This document shows positions 31,701-39,238 of a DNA stretch of 64,000 nt, one piece after another. The number at the start of each line of letters is the position of its first letter. Position 1 is the first letter of the stretch. The DNA lies in the IMG/VR virus record IMGVR_UViG_3300037991_003250, one strand, 5' to 3'. Under the pieces are notes generated by a model. That model saw only the letters and a program-made list of their open reading frames with translations, ran no database searches and was not told the origin of the DNA. Source of the DNA: an uncultured virus (IMG/VR IMGVR_UViG_3300037991_003250). Its lineage: Duplodnaviria > Heunggongvirae > Uroviricota > Caudoviricetes. The position numbers were made by a program, and so were the translations under genes.

Positions 31701-31836
31701 GGATAAGACGAGTTGCTTGAAATGTTCCGACAATATCGAAGAATATACGAGATATTCCACCACGAAGAACAATCATGGTTATTGCGGCAGTAGCCATAAC
31801 CCAAATTGGAGAAAAGAAAAAAACCGGTTCTATCAT
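28753..31836 (-). CDS. Tail tape measure protein
   Basis: TP901-like core (GIRAETAGTALR...LGV...DANGELRPMQQIL); Ala/Leu helical; hydrophobic C-terminal part. Confidence 0.88.
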   Translation of the reverse strand: MIEPVFFFSPIWVMATAAITMIVLRGGISRIFFDIVGTFQATRLIHDAEAASTALQGLFVDSFSNVLEAVGELNQQIVELENAVIPVARELEIATIEFEKFFDTAVLTEIQMQSIADSVKSIGAEFGFVGDEALAAGGRAAQLQALYGPGVVEPLTKGGLALGFVGDMGGVEAQQALISLMQQNALVTGDLTQAQFAAMDALAQREVVTASVAKTLNKLNSVEDRSAARMPEIIEAMNHFGGVARLAGEDIGFMAAMSATLIERGIRAETAGTALRFTYARVGGDINGAGQALRDLGVATHDANGELRPMQQILNELAPAFNQMNDQQQQALAQTMAGNRHYARLLLLMQDLERSNMLYNEALNESGKVMEENGEAAGYLADLFANTAFQIEQTEARITNLQAAIGERLLPAQLEALKAQEDMLIAMDAIIEGFSEMGGFGEFVEDLYEARLIVTQLVAPFVTLQLNLMSVQIALQAMRAVMRAISGENIAFIRDQVSNNQLILIQEKQQILNAEIKAIKQQKTNNLSNYNLLVAKKQNIEGQRKSLIEERVNLLLTKQRQHQENIDLGKNRSNALSVTKNRLEEISLLLGERKARKGEQEAIILDSTVDIQKAINLLLEEREGLQIQLNDLSQRSAVYSSQGANAQKMFNAELKAGGMAAEGLSHSLTKVVGMSMFISMGFMIASSALMILGTEINNILPSFMHFENQAETMAGAMFLFVLSLMHSQIEMIKTIALSIINSATLANIALIYSTLIAQIYAHVAAMAVEQAMLLKNAIMTNSYLFVAGTYLVTKYAQIKAVIIDTAALAKNTLAYWLNQTAIGSLIVVNSGLLLSYGKLVVAYVAQIAGLLATQAAAWLASVGFGALGTAASFAFTALVGIAALTVAGLVLVGIAFAAIYAAKELFGLNFEVEKLGSNLEDIDYEIPTFDTTSIDGYADSLNSATEAQQNFNNSREELFFGFKAGNVQGALVKQIQQQGVETFIANTEVIQTNNFNGMTTREMANIVLDAIESEAGVRGINLSGASV

Positions 31837-32147
31837 TCACCCACGCTCTTACTATCTGCGGCTTGAATCGGAACGCCGCTATCGCTCATCATCTGAAATA
31901 AATCACGGTTGTTATTTATGCGTTTGCGTTGCTCTCTCCTTCGATCCCGTCTTGCTACCGCACTTTTAGCCGCCGCAGAACCTTTTGCGCCTTCTGTGGC
32001 TTCATTTATTCTGTCGCCCATTTCAGCCGCTACGAGTAAATCTAAATTGAGGCTTTGTAAGCCGCCTTCTTCTTGGTATCTCCAAAAAAAATCCGAAGCC
32101 GTTTGGCCCTTATACGCCATACACAAAGTCGGGGCGGCGTGGGCCAC
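31833..32147 (-). CDS. Tail assembly chaperone, frameshift extension (gpT-like)
   Basis: In the -1 frame relative to the upstream chaperone; sits before the tape measure gene. Confidence 0.7.
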   Translation of the reverse strand: MAHAAPTLCMAYKGQTASDFFWRYQEEGGLQSLNLDLLVAAEMGDRINEATEGAKGSAAAKSAVARRDRRREQRKRINNNRDLFQMMSDSGVPIQAADSKSVGE

Positions 32148-32159
32148 TACTCCAAAGGG
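32104..32159 (-). other. Programmed -1 frameshift signal
   Basis: Slippery C CCT TTG (32159-32153), 6-nt spacer, then stem TGGCCC-ACGCC...GGCGT-ATAA-GGGCCA. Confidence 0.75.
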
Positions 32160-32506
32160 GGCGCACCTTCCGGTGCTATGGTTTCATCCCCTCTAACAAA
32201 CGCCAAAACACGGAGTAATTCTTCTGTGTTTAAATCGTTTATATCAACATCTTCGGATATAATACAATTAGATAGCCACGCATCTATTTGGTCGGCTATT
32301 CCACACCCTGCTTCATCGAGGGCATCTGAAAATTCTAACTGTTGGTCTTCGGACCATGAGGAAGGTTCGCCAAAGTGCCTAAAATCTCTTAGGACTCTTG
32401 CTTGCTTACTCTCAAGCCTAATCTTTTCAACACCCGATGCTTGACGCACAAGTATTTTTCTTTCATCGTTCAATTCAATTTCCTTTTGCAGAACCGGCAC
32501 TTTCAC
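32147..32506 (-). CDS. Tail assembly chaperone (gpG-like)
   Basis: Acidic 119 aa between tail tube and tape measure; slippery site at its 3' end. Confidence 0.72.
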   Translation of the reverse strand: MKVPVLQKEIELNDERKILVRQASGVEKIRLESKQARVLRDFRHFGEPSSWSEDQQLEFSDALDEAGCGIADQIDAWLSNCIISEDVDINDLNTEELLRVLAFVRGDETIAPEGAPPLE

Positions 32507-32648
32507 TCACCTTCGCTTTCTTTTTCTTTGGTGCGGCTTTCTTAGCCGCCTTTTTCACTACTTTTGGTTCAACCAAAACATCTTTGACTCGGCCTTCGAT
32601 AACTTTTTTTTCCCAAACGCCATGTTCGTCTTCATATCTTTCAGTCAT
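32475..32648 (-). CDS. Small Lys/Ala-rich protein (57 aa)
   Basis: MTERYEDEHG...KKAAKKAAPKKKKAK; SD GGTGAG. Confidence 0.5.
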   Translation of the reverse strand: MTERYEDEHGVWEKKVIEGRVKDVLVEPKVVKKAAKKAAPKKKKAKVSESAGSAKGN

Positions 32649-32659
32649 TTATCTCACCA

Positions 32660-32851
32660 TCATTGATCTTCGTATGTTACATTGATAACAATTCGATTTG
32701 AATTTTTGTTTTGCATATAATTGATGCTTACTACATCATCACTTGCCGCAAGGGTTCTTAAGAAAGTCTGTAGGTCTGTATTTGCAGACTCCATAGTGGT
32801 CTTAATCTCATGCACCGTCATTTTTGTCGGGTCAGCAATTGTATGACTCAT
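32660..32851 (-). CDS. Small virion-module protein
   Basis: 63 aa; SD GGTGA. Confidence 0.55.
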   Translation of the reverse strand: MSHTIADPTKMTVHEIKTTMESANTDLQTFLRTLAASDDVVSINYMQNKNSNRIVINVTYEDQ

Positions 32852-32861
32852 TTAATCACCA

Positions 32862-33875
32862 TCAGTATGCGCCGGATTGCAGACTGTTTCCTGTTAGAAC
32901 ACAAGTCATAGCCTTAGCCGCACCACCGCTTGTTGCATCGTATAGTCCTCTAAAATTGACGGTCATTGTGTTTGTATCTCGACCACTTACTGATGCTTCC
33001 GGTGCTTCAAAGAAAACCTTTTTGAAATCAAAGGTTATGCTTTCTGTGCCGCCTTCATCCTTTAATACAAGAGTCATAGCCGCATCTGCACCACTTGGGT
33101 TATCCACATCACCATCAGCCGCAATTAGTGTGCTGTATGTTGGTTCACCATCAGTAGCGGTGTATAGGACTTGGTTAAACTCGATTGTTCCGCTAATTTC
33201 CCTGCGTTGCTTAGGTATCTTTCTTTGTGGTCCTGCGCCACCGAGAGCGTAAGCATTGTCGGGGTCTTGGTTTAGGTTAATATCAAAAGAAAATGACTTA
33301 ACGGTTGCTACTGCGCTACCGCTTCCAAACTTGACTTCACCGTTAGCGAAGTAAAGTGCGTCAAGAGCCGCACCATCATAGGTAGGTGTGGCGAGAGAGG
33401 CTACGGCAGACTCTCCTTTACCGTAAAAACCAACGCTCATCATAACATACTCGCCTACATTTGCGGCGACATTTAGTGTGTTAGCACATAGACCTGTAAA
33501 GGTGTGTTGCTTTTGCTCACGACCAACCTTCATAGTGTAAGAAGGGTATTCATCAGAAGCAGAAGACGGTTCAAGTAATGTGTGTGTGTATGGACCGCTA
33601 CCCGATACGCTATCGGTTGGGAAAAAACCCAAAAGACAAGTTGCTACGAAGTCATCCACTTGCATAGCGAGGTTAATATCTCCTTCGCTGTATTCCTTAC
33701 CGGTTACTGCTTTTGAAGAAATTGCCCTGCTCATATCCTCACGAACCATCAAGTCAAACTTGTGTCCGAGAGATTCTTCATCCACTTCTCCATAGATATA
33801 ACCCGAACCCGGATCTGTTCCATAGGAAGATTCTTTTACTATTCCGACATAACGATTTAGAAAGTCATCAGCCAT
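32862..33875 (-). CDS. Major tail tube protein
   Basis: VGIVKESSYGT N-terminus, YTHT, SYTM.VG, REISGTIE; position in tail module. Confidence 0.85.
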   Translation of the reverse strand: MADDFLNRYVGIVKESSYGTDPGSGYIYGEVDEESLGHKFDLMVREDMSRAISSKAVTGKEYSEGDINLAMQVDDFVATCLLGFFPTDSVSGSGPYTHTLLEPSSASDEYPSYTMKVGREQKQHTFTGLCANTLNVAANVGEYVMMSVGFYGKGESAVASLATPTYDGAALDALYFANGEVKFGSGSAVATVKSFSFDINLNQDPDNAYALGGAGPQRKIPKQRREISGTIEFNQVLYTATDGEPTYSTLIAADGDVDNPSGADAAMTLVLKDEGGTESITFDFKKVFFEAPEASVSGRDTNTMTVNFRGLYDATSGGAAKAMTCVLTGNSLQSGAY

Positions 33876-33927
33876 ACTATCACCTATTATTGTATAGACG
33901 CACGAATCATGCGTCATTTAAAGGTTA

Positions 33928-35001
33928 TCAACGATGCCTCATGTCTATGAGCCTTTGATAAGTGAAAGTCATTTGGTGTGTGCATACCGTGTCGTCATCA
34001 TCTAATTTTAAATCCAATCCTGCGCTATACGATATAATGCTATCTGTTGTCGCCAAAACACCTGTATTGGTGTATATTTCATCGAATACTTCACCGGCTA
34101 TATTTAGTCCTTCTCGGTATGCGTCTTCGTAATTAGTGCCTCTTGTTGTAATCAATACTCGCACTTCATAATTTTGCCTAACTTTTGTGCCGCCTAATGT
34201 ATCAAATGAAGGAGAATCTATGCCTTCTATCACGACATGAATAACGGGCGGTAGCATTTTAGTTAATCTATTCATTGAAAGGTCATAACCATACACGATA
34301 GAATCATTATCAACCTGCGTCTTCAAATACATTCTCTTACTATTTTTAATCTGATTAACAATGGCTATACCCATACGAGATAGCGTGTCCTGTGCAAAAT
34401 CAGAAGGCATCAATTCTTCGGGTGTAAATGCACCGAATTTACTGTAATATACAGAAGCCCATTTTACCGTTCCGTCAGTATTGCCCCACGATGCAGTAGC
34501 ACTTGATGAAGACGAACCAACCACCGAATAAAATACCGTATTAGTATCGTCATCGTAAATCATTTCTCTTGCGTATAATTTACCATTTCCGCTTGAATCG
34601 AGAGTTAATCTAAGGATTAAATCTATTGCATCATCTTCTTGTTTTGTAATATCTAAACTGCGTGTAGTTACTGTTGATGCGCCGACTAAATCTAATTTAT
34701 CACCGTTGCCTTTAGATCTTACTTCAACCCTTTTTGTTCCGTTATCAAGAGCCATAAGCACCGTTCCAGCCGCCGGTATATCGCTGGTATTACTAAAAGA
34801 AAAAACGGCGACTAAAGTTAAATCATTTTCGTCTGCGGCTGGCGTAATAGAATAGGTGGTGGATGATGTAGCCAACCAATAATCGCCCGATGCAGAACCA
34901 CCGCTACCGGACCAATCATCATTAAACGAACCGGATAGTGAAGTGGGGTCTGTGCCGTTCATACGGCTATTCCAATACTGAGTCTTTGTTGCTACGGCCA
35001 T
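33928..35001 (-). CDS. Tail-completion/terminator-like protein with N-terminal beta domain
   Basis: Upstream of tail tube; C-terminal PVIHV...YEVRVLI alpha/beta pattern. Confidence 0.5.
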   Translation of the reverse strand: MAVATKTQYWNSRMNGTDPTSLSGSFNDDWSGSGGSASGDYWLATSSTTYSITPAADENDLTLVAVFSFSNTSDIPAAGTVLMALDNGTKRVEVRSKGNGDKLDLVGASTVTTRSLDITKQEDDAIDLILRLTLDSSGNGKLYAREMIYDDDTNTVFYSVVGSSSSSATASWGNTDGTVKWASVYYSKFGAFTPEELMPSDFAQDTLSRMGIAIVNQIKNSKRMYLKTQVDNDSIVYGYDLSMNRLTKMLPPVIHVVIEGIDSPSFDTLGGTKVRQNYEVRVLITTRGTNYEDAYREGLNIAGEVFDEIYTNTGVLATTDSIISYSAGLDLKLDDDDTVCTHQMTFTYQRLIDMRHR

Positions 35002-35663
35002 TATCTATTCATCTCCGAAAATACTCTCTTTGAGGCTTTATTAAAACCTTCCCTTATTTTTTCGCCGTATTTATCAAACTTTTCTTTTTGATTATCCCAC
35101 GATTGACTCTCATACCCTTCTTCTAATCTGTATGTTCCAGCCGTTCTTCCATCTTGTAATTCGGTTCTTCGTGTGGTTCTAAACACACCCCGTAAGAATC
35201 TTGTTTTTGGCGGATTGCCTTTTGTTGATTGACCGAATACTGTTTTTTTCTGTGGATCACCTTTTCCTTTTCCGTAATAGTATAATTCCGGCAAATTTGC
35301 GCCGCCGCCACCGCTTTTTGTCGTAGCAGTAATATAATTATTAAAACCGGTTTTTACATCAAAAATAGTCCTTTCAGAAGCCGTAAGAAATGGCTCGCTT
35401 ATAGAAATGGGTTGTATGTCTTCTGCGAATAGGGCGTTAGACAGTCTTTTGTAAAATGAAGCCCATTTATTTTTTGTCCTGCCTCTATACAAAGATTTCT
35501 TGGTGCGAGCCAATCCGCTTTTGTAATTTTTCATTTCTTTTTGTAAGACTTCATTATATGCTTTTGATAACCTATTGGCTATCCTTCCGTTTAATTTTTT
35601 AACTTCCGCCGACATTTCTATTGGAAAGTCGCCGTCAATTTCAAAATCAATATCATTTACCAT
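35001..35663 (-). CDS. Neck-region protein (HK97 gp10-like position)
   Basis: Basic 220 aa; synteny only. Confidence 0.4.
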   Translation of the reverse strand: MVNDIDFEIDGDFPIEMSAEVKKLNGRIANRLSKAYNEVLQKEMKNYKSGLARTKKSLYRGRTKNKWASFYKRLSNALFAEDIQPISISEPFLTASERTIFDVKTGFNNYITATTKSGGGGANLPELYYYGKGKGDPQKKTVFGQSTKGNPPKTRFLRGVFRTTRRTELQDGRTAGTYRLEEGYESQSWDNQKEKFDKYGEKIREGFNKASKRVFSEMNR

Positions 35664-35673
35664 TTACTCACCC

Positions 35674-36210
35674 TCAATCAACCGACCCTAAATGGGCCAA
35701 CCGCCGAAGGTTCATTGTGCCTCTATCACGAAGGCTTGAGCCACGCATAGATCCTTCCGTTGTAGCGGTTTGGAACATAGACTCGTCTTCAAAATAATAC
35801 GAAGCCGCTAAATCAGCGCATACTTCTCTAAGCACATGAGCAAACTCCCCTTCTTCAACGGTTACACCGTCTGCATGGTCGAATGAAATACCCGCTACGC
35901 CGGTCAGATCGTTAGAAGATTTGCCGGTCCATGAAATAGAATCACCGTCAATATTACCATTACCGGCAGAAGAAAATGCGCTTGCAGAAGTCAAAGTAAT
36001 AGTGTTAGCACCAGCCGCTACTGCGCCGCTAAGTGTAGTGCTTGCGATTTCTCTTGACGGCACATCGCGCCCATAATCACGAAAGCATTGGTCTATGTCT
36101 ATTGTAGCCCTGCGTATAGCCGAAGTTAATCGTGTGTTAGCCTTATCTCGCTGGCCGCTATTTAACCCCAATCGAGAGCCAACATCACTTATAGAACAAT
36201 AATAAGCCAT
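35674..36210 (-). CDS. Head-tail adaptor protein
   Basis: MAYYCSISDV...AIRRAT..ID...LREVCADLAA pattern. Confidence 0.7.
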   Translation of the reverse strand: MAYYCSISDVGSRLGLNSGQRDKANTRLTSAIRRATIDIDQCFRDYGRDVPSREIASTTLSGAVAAGANTITLTSASAFSSAGNGNIDGDSISWTGKSSNDLTGVAGISFDHADGVTVEEGEFAHVLREVCADLAASYYFEDESMFQTATTEGSMRGSSLRDRGTMNLRRLAHLGSVD

Positions 36211-36352
36211 TACACAACACCGCCACAAATCCTACCAATACCACATAAAGCATTCGCTTCTGTCGCTTGTCTATGATTGTTAGTGTCTTTTCAACATTTG
36301 TGAGGCGTTTTACCACATTTCGACACCATGCGTTCCATTGGTTTTCATCCAT
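36185..36352 (-). CDS. Small coiled-coil plus TM protein
   Basis: RLTNVEKTL then MLYVVLVGFVAVL. Confidence 0.55.
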   Translation of the reverse strand: MDENQWNAWCRNVVKRLTNVEKTLTIIDKRQKRMLYVVLVGFVAVLCNGLLLFYK

Positions 36353-36356
36353 TGTA

Positions 36357-36599
36357 TCACATCTGAGTTGAGATACCCATAGCACCTGCGACAATAGCAA
36401 TCAAGGCTAAAGTAATCTTTTGGGTGTTAGACATATAGGATGCGATAAGACCGTTAGTAACTTCTAATTCAGTAGCCACTTGAGCCAAACCGGTTTTCAT
36501 ATCCATGTTAGACTGAACCAATTGTTCGATTAGTCTTTCATGTCTTTTTGCCGTTTCTTCTAAGTTATCAAGTCTTAAATCTATTACTTCATCACTCAC
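36357..36599 (-). CDS. XhlA-like coiled-coil plus TM protein
   Basis: RLDNLE...H..LIEQL; C-terminal hydrophobic helix. Confidence 0.55.
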   Translation of the reverse strand: MSDEVIDLRLDNLEETAKRHERLIEQLVQSNMDMKTGLAQVATELEVTNGLIASYMSNTQKITLALIAIVAGAMGISTQM

Positions 36600-36969
36600 T
36601 ATCGTCACCCATGCTTGCTTCAAGTCGGGCGATTAAATCAGCCTTTTTGCCGGTTACGGCGAGGCCCTTTTCCTTTAACATAGCCTTCAATTCAGCCACA
36701 TTTCGTGATTCCAATGTGTCTTCAATAGTTTTCAATTCAGCCTTTGCTTCTGCGGCCTTTTCTTTTACATCGTCTATTGAATCAACGATTTCGTCAAGTG
36801 TGATCTTTCCATCAGCATTCAATGTCTTATACTTTTTCAAAGCCCATACTGCGATACCCAAAAGGGCCGCACCTGCTACCAAAAGCACTTCTATATCATC
36901 TAACAAGGATGACGATTCACTTATACAATCTATACAATCTTCAATTATTGTGGTATTATTCGCTTGCAT
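36592..36969 (-). CDS. Membrane protein with EF-hand-like loop and SAP domain
   Basis: TM helix, ADGKITLDEI, NVAELKAMLKEKGLAVTGKKADLIARL. Confidence 0.8.
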   Translation of the reverse strand: MQANNTTIIEDCIDCISESSSLLDDIEVLLVAGAALLGIAVWALKKYKTLNADGKITLDEIVDSIDDVKEKAAEAKAELKTIEDTLESRNVAELKAMLKEKGLAVTGKKADLIARLEASMGDDSE

Positions 36970-37134
36970 CTTAATCTCTCTCATATACAATTTGTTTTAC
37001 TGCGGAAATAGGAATGACGGCAAAATGTCTGTTATCGCTACCCCGATAAAGTTTATACCCATGCGGTGTTTCTTCAATGTTTATGTTAGTCCATGACTTT
37101 TCGGGCGGGGTATAGACTATTTTTCCTTTTCTTT

Positions 37135-37491
37135 TCACTCATTCACTTCCATAATACCTGCGTCTAATAATTCATCAATTATGGTTTTTATCTCATTTAG
37201 ATAAGCCAATTCGCAGGTTATCCGCTCGTATGTTTCTCCTACATCGTGATTTTTATATGTTTCTTCTGTAACATACAAAGCGTAGCCTTCTTTTTCGCCA
37301 TCTATTTCTGTTATAACATATAAAATATAATCATTATTTATTTCTTCTTTCGCTATTACTTCTCCTTTCACAGTATAGCATGGAAGTGCATGGTGTTCTG
37401 ATTCCGCAAGATCAAAACCAACAGGATAATTGCTCAAATAAACAACCAAAAAAAGAACTACTGCAACAAATTGCTTTTCTTCTTTTTCCAT
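37135..37491 (-). CDS. Membrane-anchored hypothetical protein
   Basis: N-terminal hydrophobic helix. Confidence 0.55.
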   Translation of the reverse strand: MEKEEKQFVAVVLFLVVYLSNYPVGFDLAESEHHALPCYTVKGEVIAKEEINNDYILYVITEIDGEKEGYALYVTEETYKNHDVGETYERITCELAYLNEIKTIIDELLDAGIMEVNE

Positions 37492-37520
37492 GTTTTATGG
37501 TCGTAATACCGATAGTTAAA

Positions 37521-38069
37521 TTATCGCCATCTTGGACCTTCAAACCACCCAACAAGGCTCGTTCTTGAGCCGGAAGTAATAGGTGATACGCCGTGTTCTA
37601 AGTATGAAATAAAGCATATAATAGATCCGCGTTTAATTAGTGCTTCGGGGTCGGGGTTTTGTGTGTGAGCAAAAGATAAGATTCCGCCTTCGTAATCATC
37701 GGGGTCGGTTAATTGAACAACAATACTTAATTTTCTATGTTTGCCGTCTTGTCTGTTATAATCAACATCATGGTGCATATCATACTTATGCCCTACATCT
37801 GCATATTCAGTAAATTGTAATGGTGGTAAATCTGTAAGAGTAAGGTTGAATTGTTTGTTAGCATCCATAGCAACCTTCATCAAAAAATCGTGCATTTCAG
37901 CGTATGGTCCAACATTAGGAAGCCACCTAATATCTGTTTTACGGTGGCTATCATGCCCGCCAAAGGTTTTTGCATCTTGAATAGGTGCTTGTCTTCCTAA
38001 CTCAAGCCAACGCTCGCAATCTTCTTTGCTAAGGATTCCTTCATATAATAACCAATTTGGGTGTTCCAT
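37521..38069 (-). CDS. 2OG-Fe(II) oxygenase (prolyl-hydroxylase-like)
   Basis: HxD, RKLSIVVQL, YEGG, H.V.PIT.G.R.SLV.W. Confidence 0.9.
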   Translation of the reverse strand: MEHPNWLLYEGILSKEDCERWLELGRQAPIQDAKTFGGHDSHRKTDIRWLPNVGPYAEMHDFLMKVAMDANKQFNLTLTDLPPLQFTEYADVGHKYDMHHDVDYNRQDGKHRKLSIVVQLTDPDDYEGGILSFAHTQNPDPEALIKRGSIICFISYLEHGVSPITSGSRTSLVGWFEGPRWR

Positions 38070-38106
38070 TATATGTTAAGAAAACACGGTGTCTATTTAA
38101 TGGGTT

Positions 38107-38643
38107 TTACCAACACCAACCATTTATTTTTGTAATATAAGGACCATATTTTTCTTTCATGTTAGTCTTATATTCGCCCCAATCACCATCTGAAATCCAT
38201 GTATCAAACCAACCAATATCCCAATGACTATCGGCAGGTATCTCCCATGTGTTTATGTCTGCGTGGATTAGATTAAAACGCTCATCTTTAACGCAGTTAT
38301 CCCATACTAAATCTATCACATCTTGATATTTTTCAATAATGGTAATTGATGTAATGTTTGGGTTTTTTATCAAAATGTGATGAGTCATACCGATCCCCAA
38401 ACCACCAATTAACACATCTCCCTTTGCATTATCCCATAGCCATTGGTGGTCGTTGTATTCTGCTTCTGAATCTTGCATTAACGGCATACTGTGGCCCTTT
38501 TTTAATAACACAGTATAATTATCATAAGCCTCATTGGTATGAAGTAAATAAAGAGGCCACCTGTTATCGGTCGTGTCTTTAGTGTAGTGGGCTATTTCAA
38601 AATCGCCCGATACACCGACAGGGATATTAACATCTATTTTCAT
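38107..38643 (-). CDS. SAM-dependent methyltransferase (spermidine-synthase-like)
   Basis: VLIGGLGIG, IIEK..DVI, ADI, WFDTW. Confidence 0.8.
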   Translation of the reverse strand: MKIDVNIPVGVSGDFEIAHYTKDTTDNRWPLYLLHTNEAYDNYTVLLKKGHSMPLMQDSEAEYNDHQWLWDNAKGDVLIGGLGIGMTHHILIKNPNITSITIIEKYQDVIDLVWDNCVKDERFNLIHADINTWEIPADSHWDIGWFDTWISDGDWGEYKTNMKEKYGPYITKINGWCW

Positions 38644-38652
38644 ATTATCGCT

Positions 38653-39234
38653 CTAATTAGTAAATGAATACTTTACATATAAATCAGCAGAAGTGCTACC
38701 ATCAGAATTAGTAGCCGTTCCCGTCAATTTAAAAATAACATTATCTCCGTTTGTAGGCCAATTCAAAGAACCACCCCTGCCCGAACCGGGAGTTATTTTA
38801 AAAGTAATACCTGTTCCAACAAGCCCGCCGGTTGAATCTTGAGAATTACTTGAACTCCCACCTGTTGAAGCGGTTGGGTCGCCACTACCCGAACCAAAAG
38901 TATGAGCATAAACAGACCCACTCCATGAATAAGATGTAGCCCCTGTTGCTCGTAAATAAGCATAAGTTAAGAAATTAACATAACCTGCATCTTCCCAATC
39001 ATCAAACTCCGCACTAACGGATATTTCTAACTGTGTTCCAAAAGATTCACTCGTTGCAGAAGTCCAATCGGAGTAATCTCTATCGAATTTATCGTCAATA
39101 CCAGCAGATTCATAAATCTTAAACGCATTATTTTGCCCGCTACTTGCGTTTTCGGCAATACTTACTGCGGTTGGTGGAGAACCCGCCGCGCTTGCGGCTA
39201 TACAACCAACAACACCTAAGTTAATTGAGGCCAC
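38653..39234 (-). CDS. Ser/Gly-rich virion protein
   Basis: Follows the fibre gene; beta-rich. Confidence 0.5.
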   Translation of the reverse strand: MASINLGVVGCIAASAAGSPPTAVSIAENASSGQNNAFKIYESAGIDDKFDRDYSDWTSATSESFGTQLEISVSAEFDDWEDAGYVNFLTYAYLRATGATSYSWSGSVYAHTFGSGSGDPTASTGGSSSNSQDSTGGLVGTGITFKITPGSGRGGSLNWPTNGDNVIFKLTGTATNSDGSTSADLYVKYSFTN

Positions 39235-39238
39235 TTAA

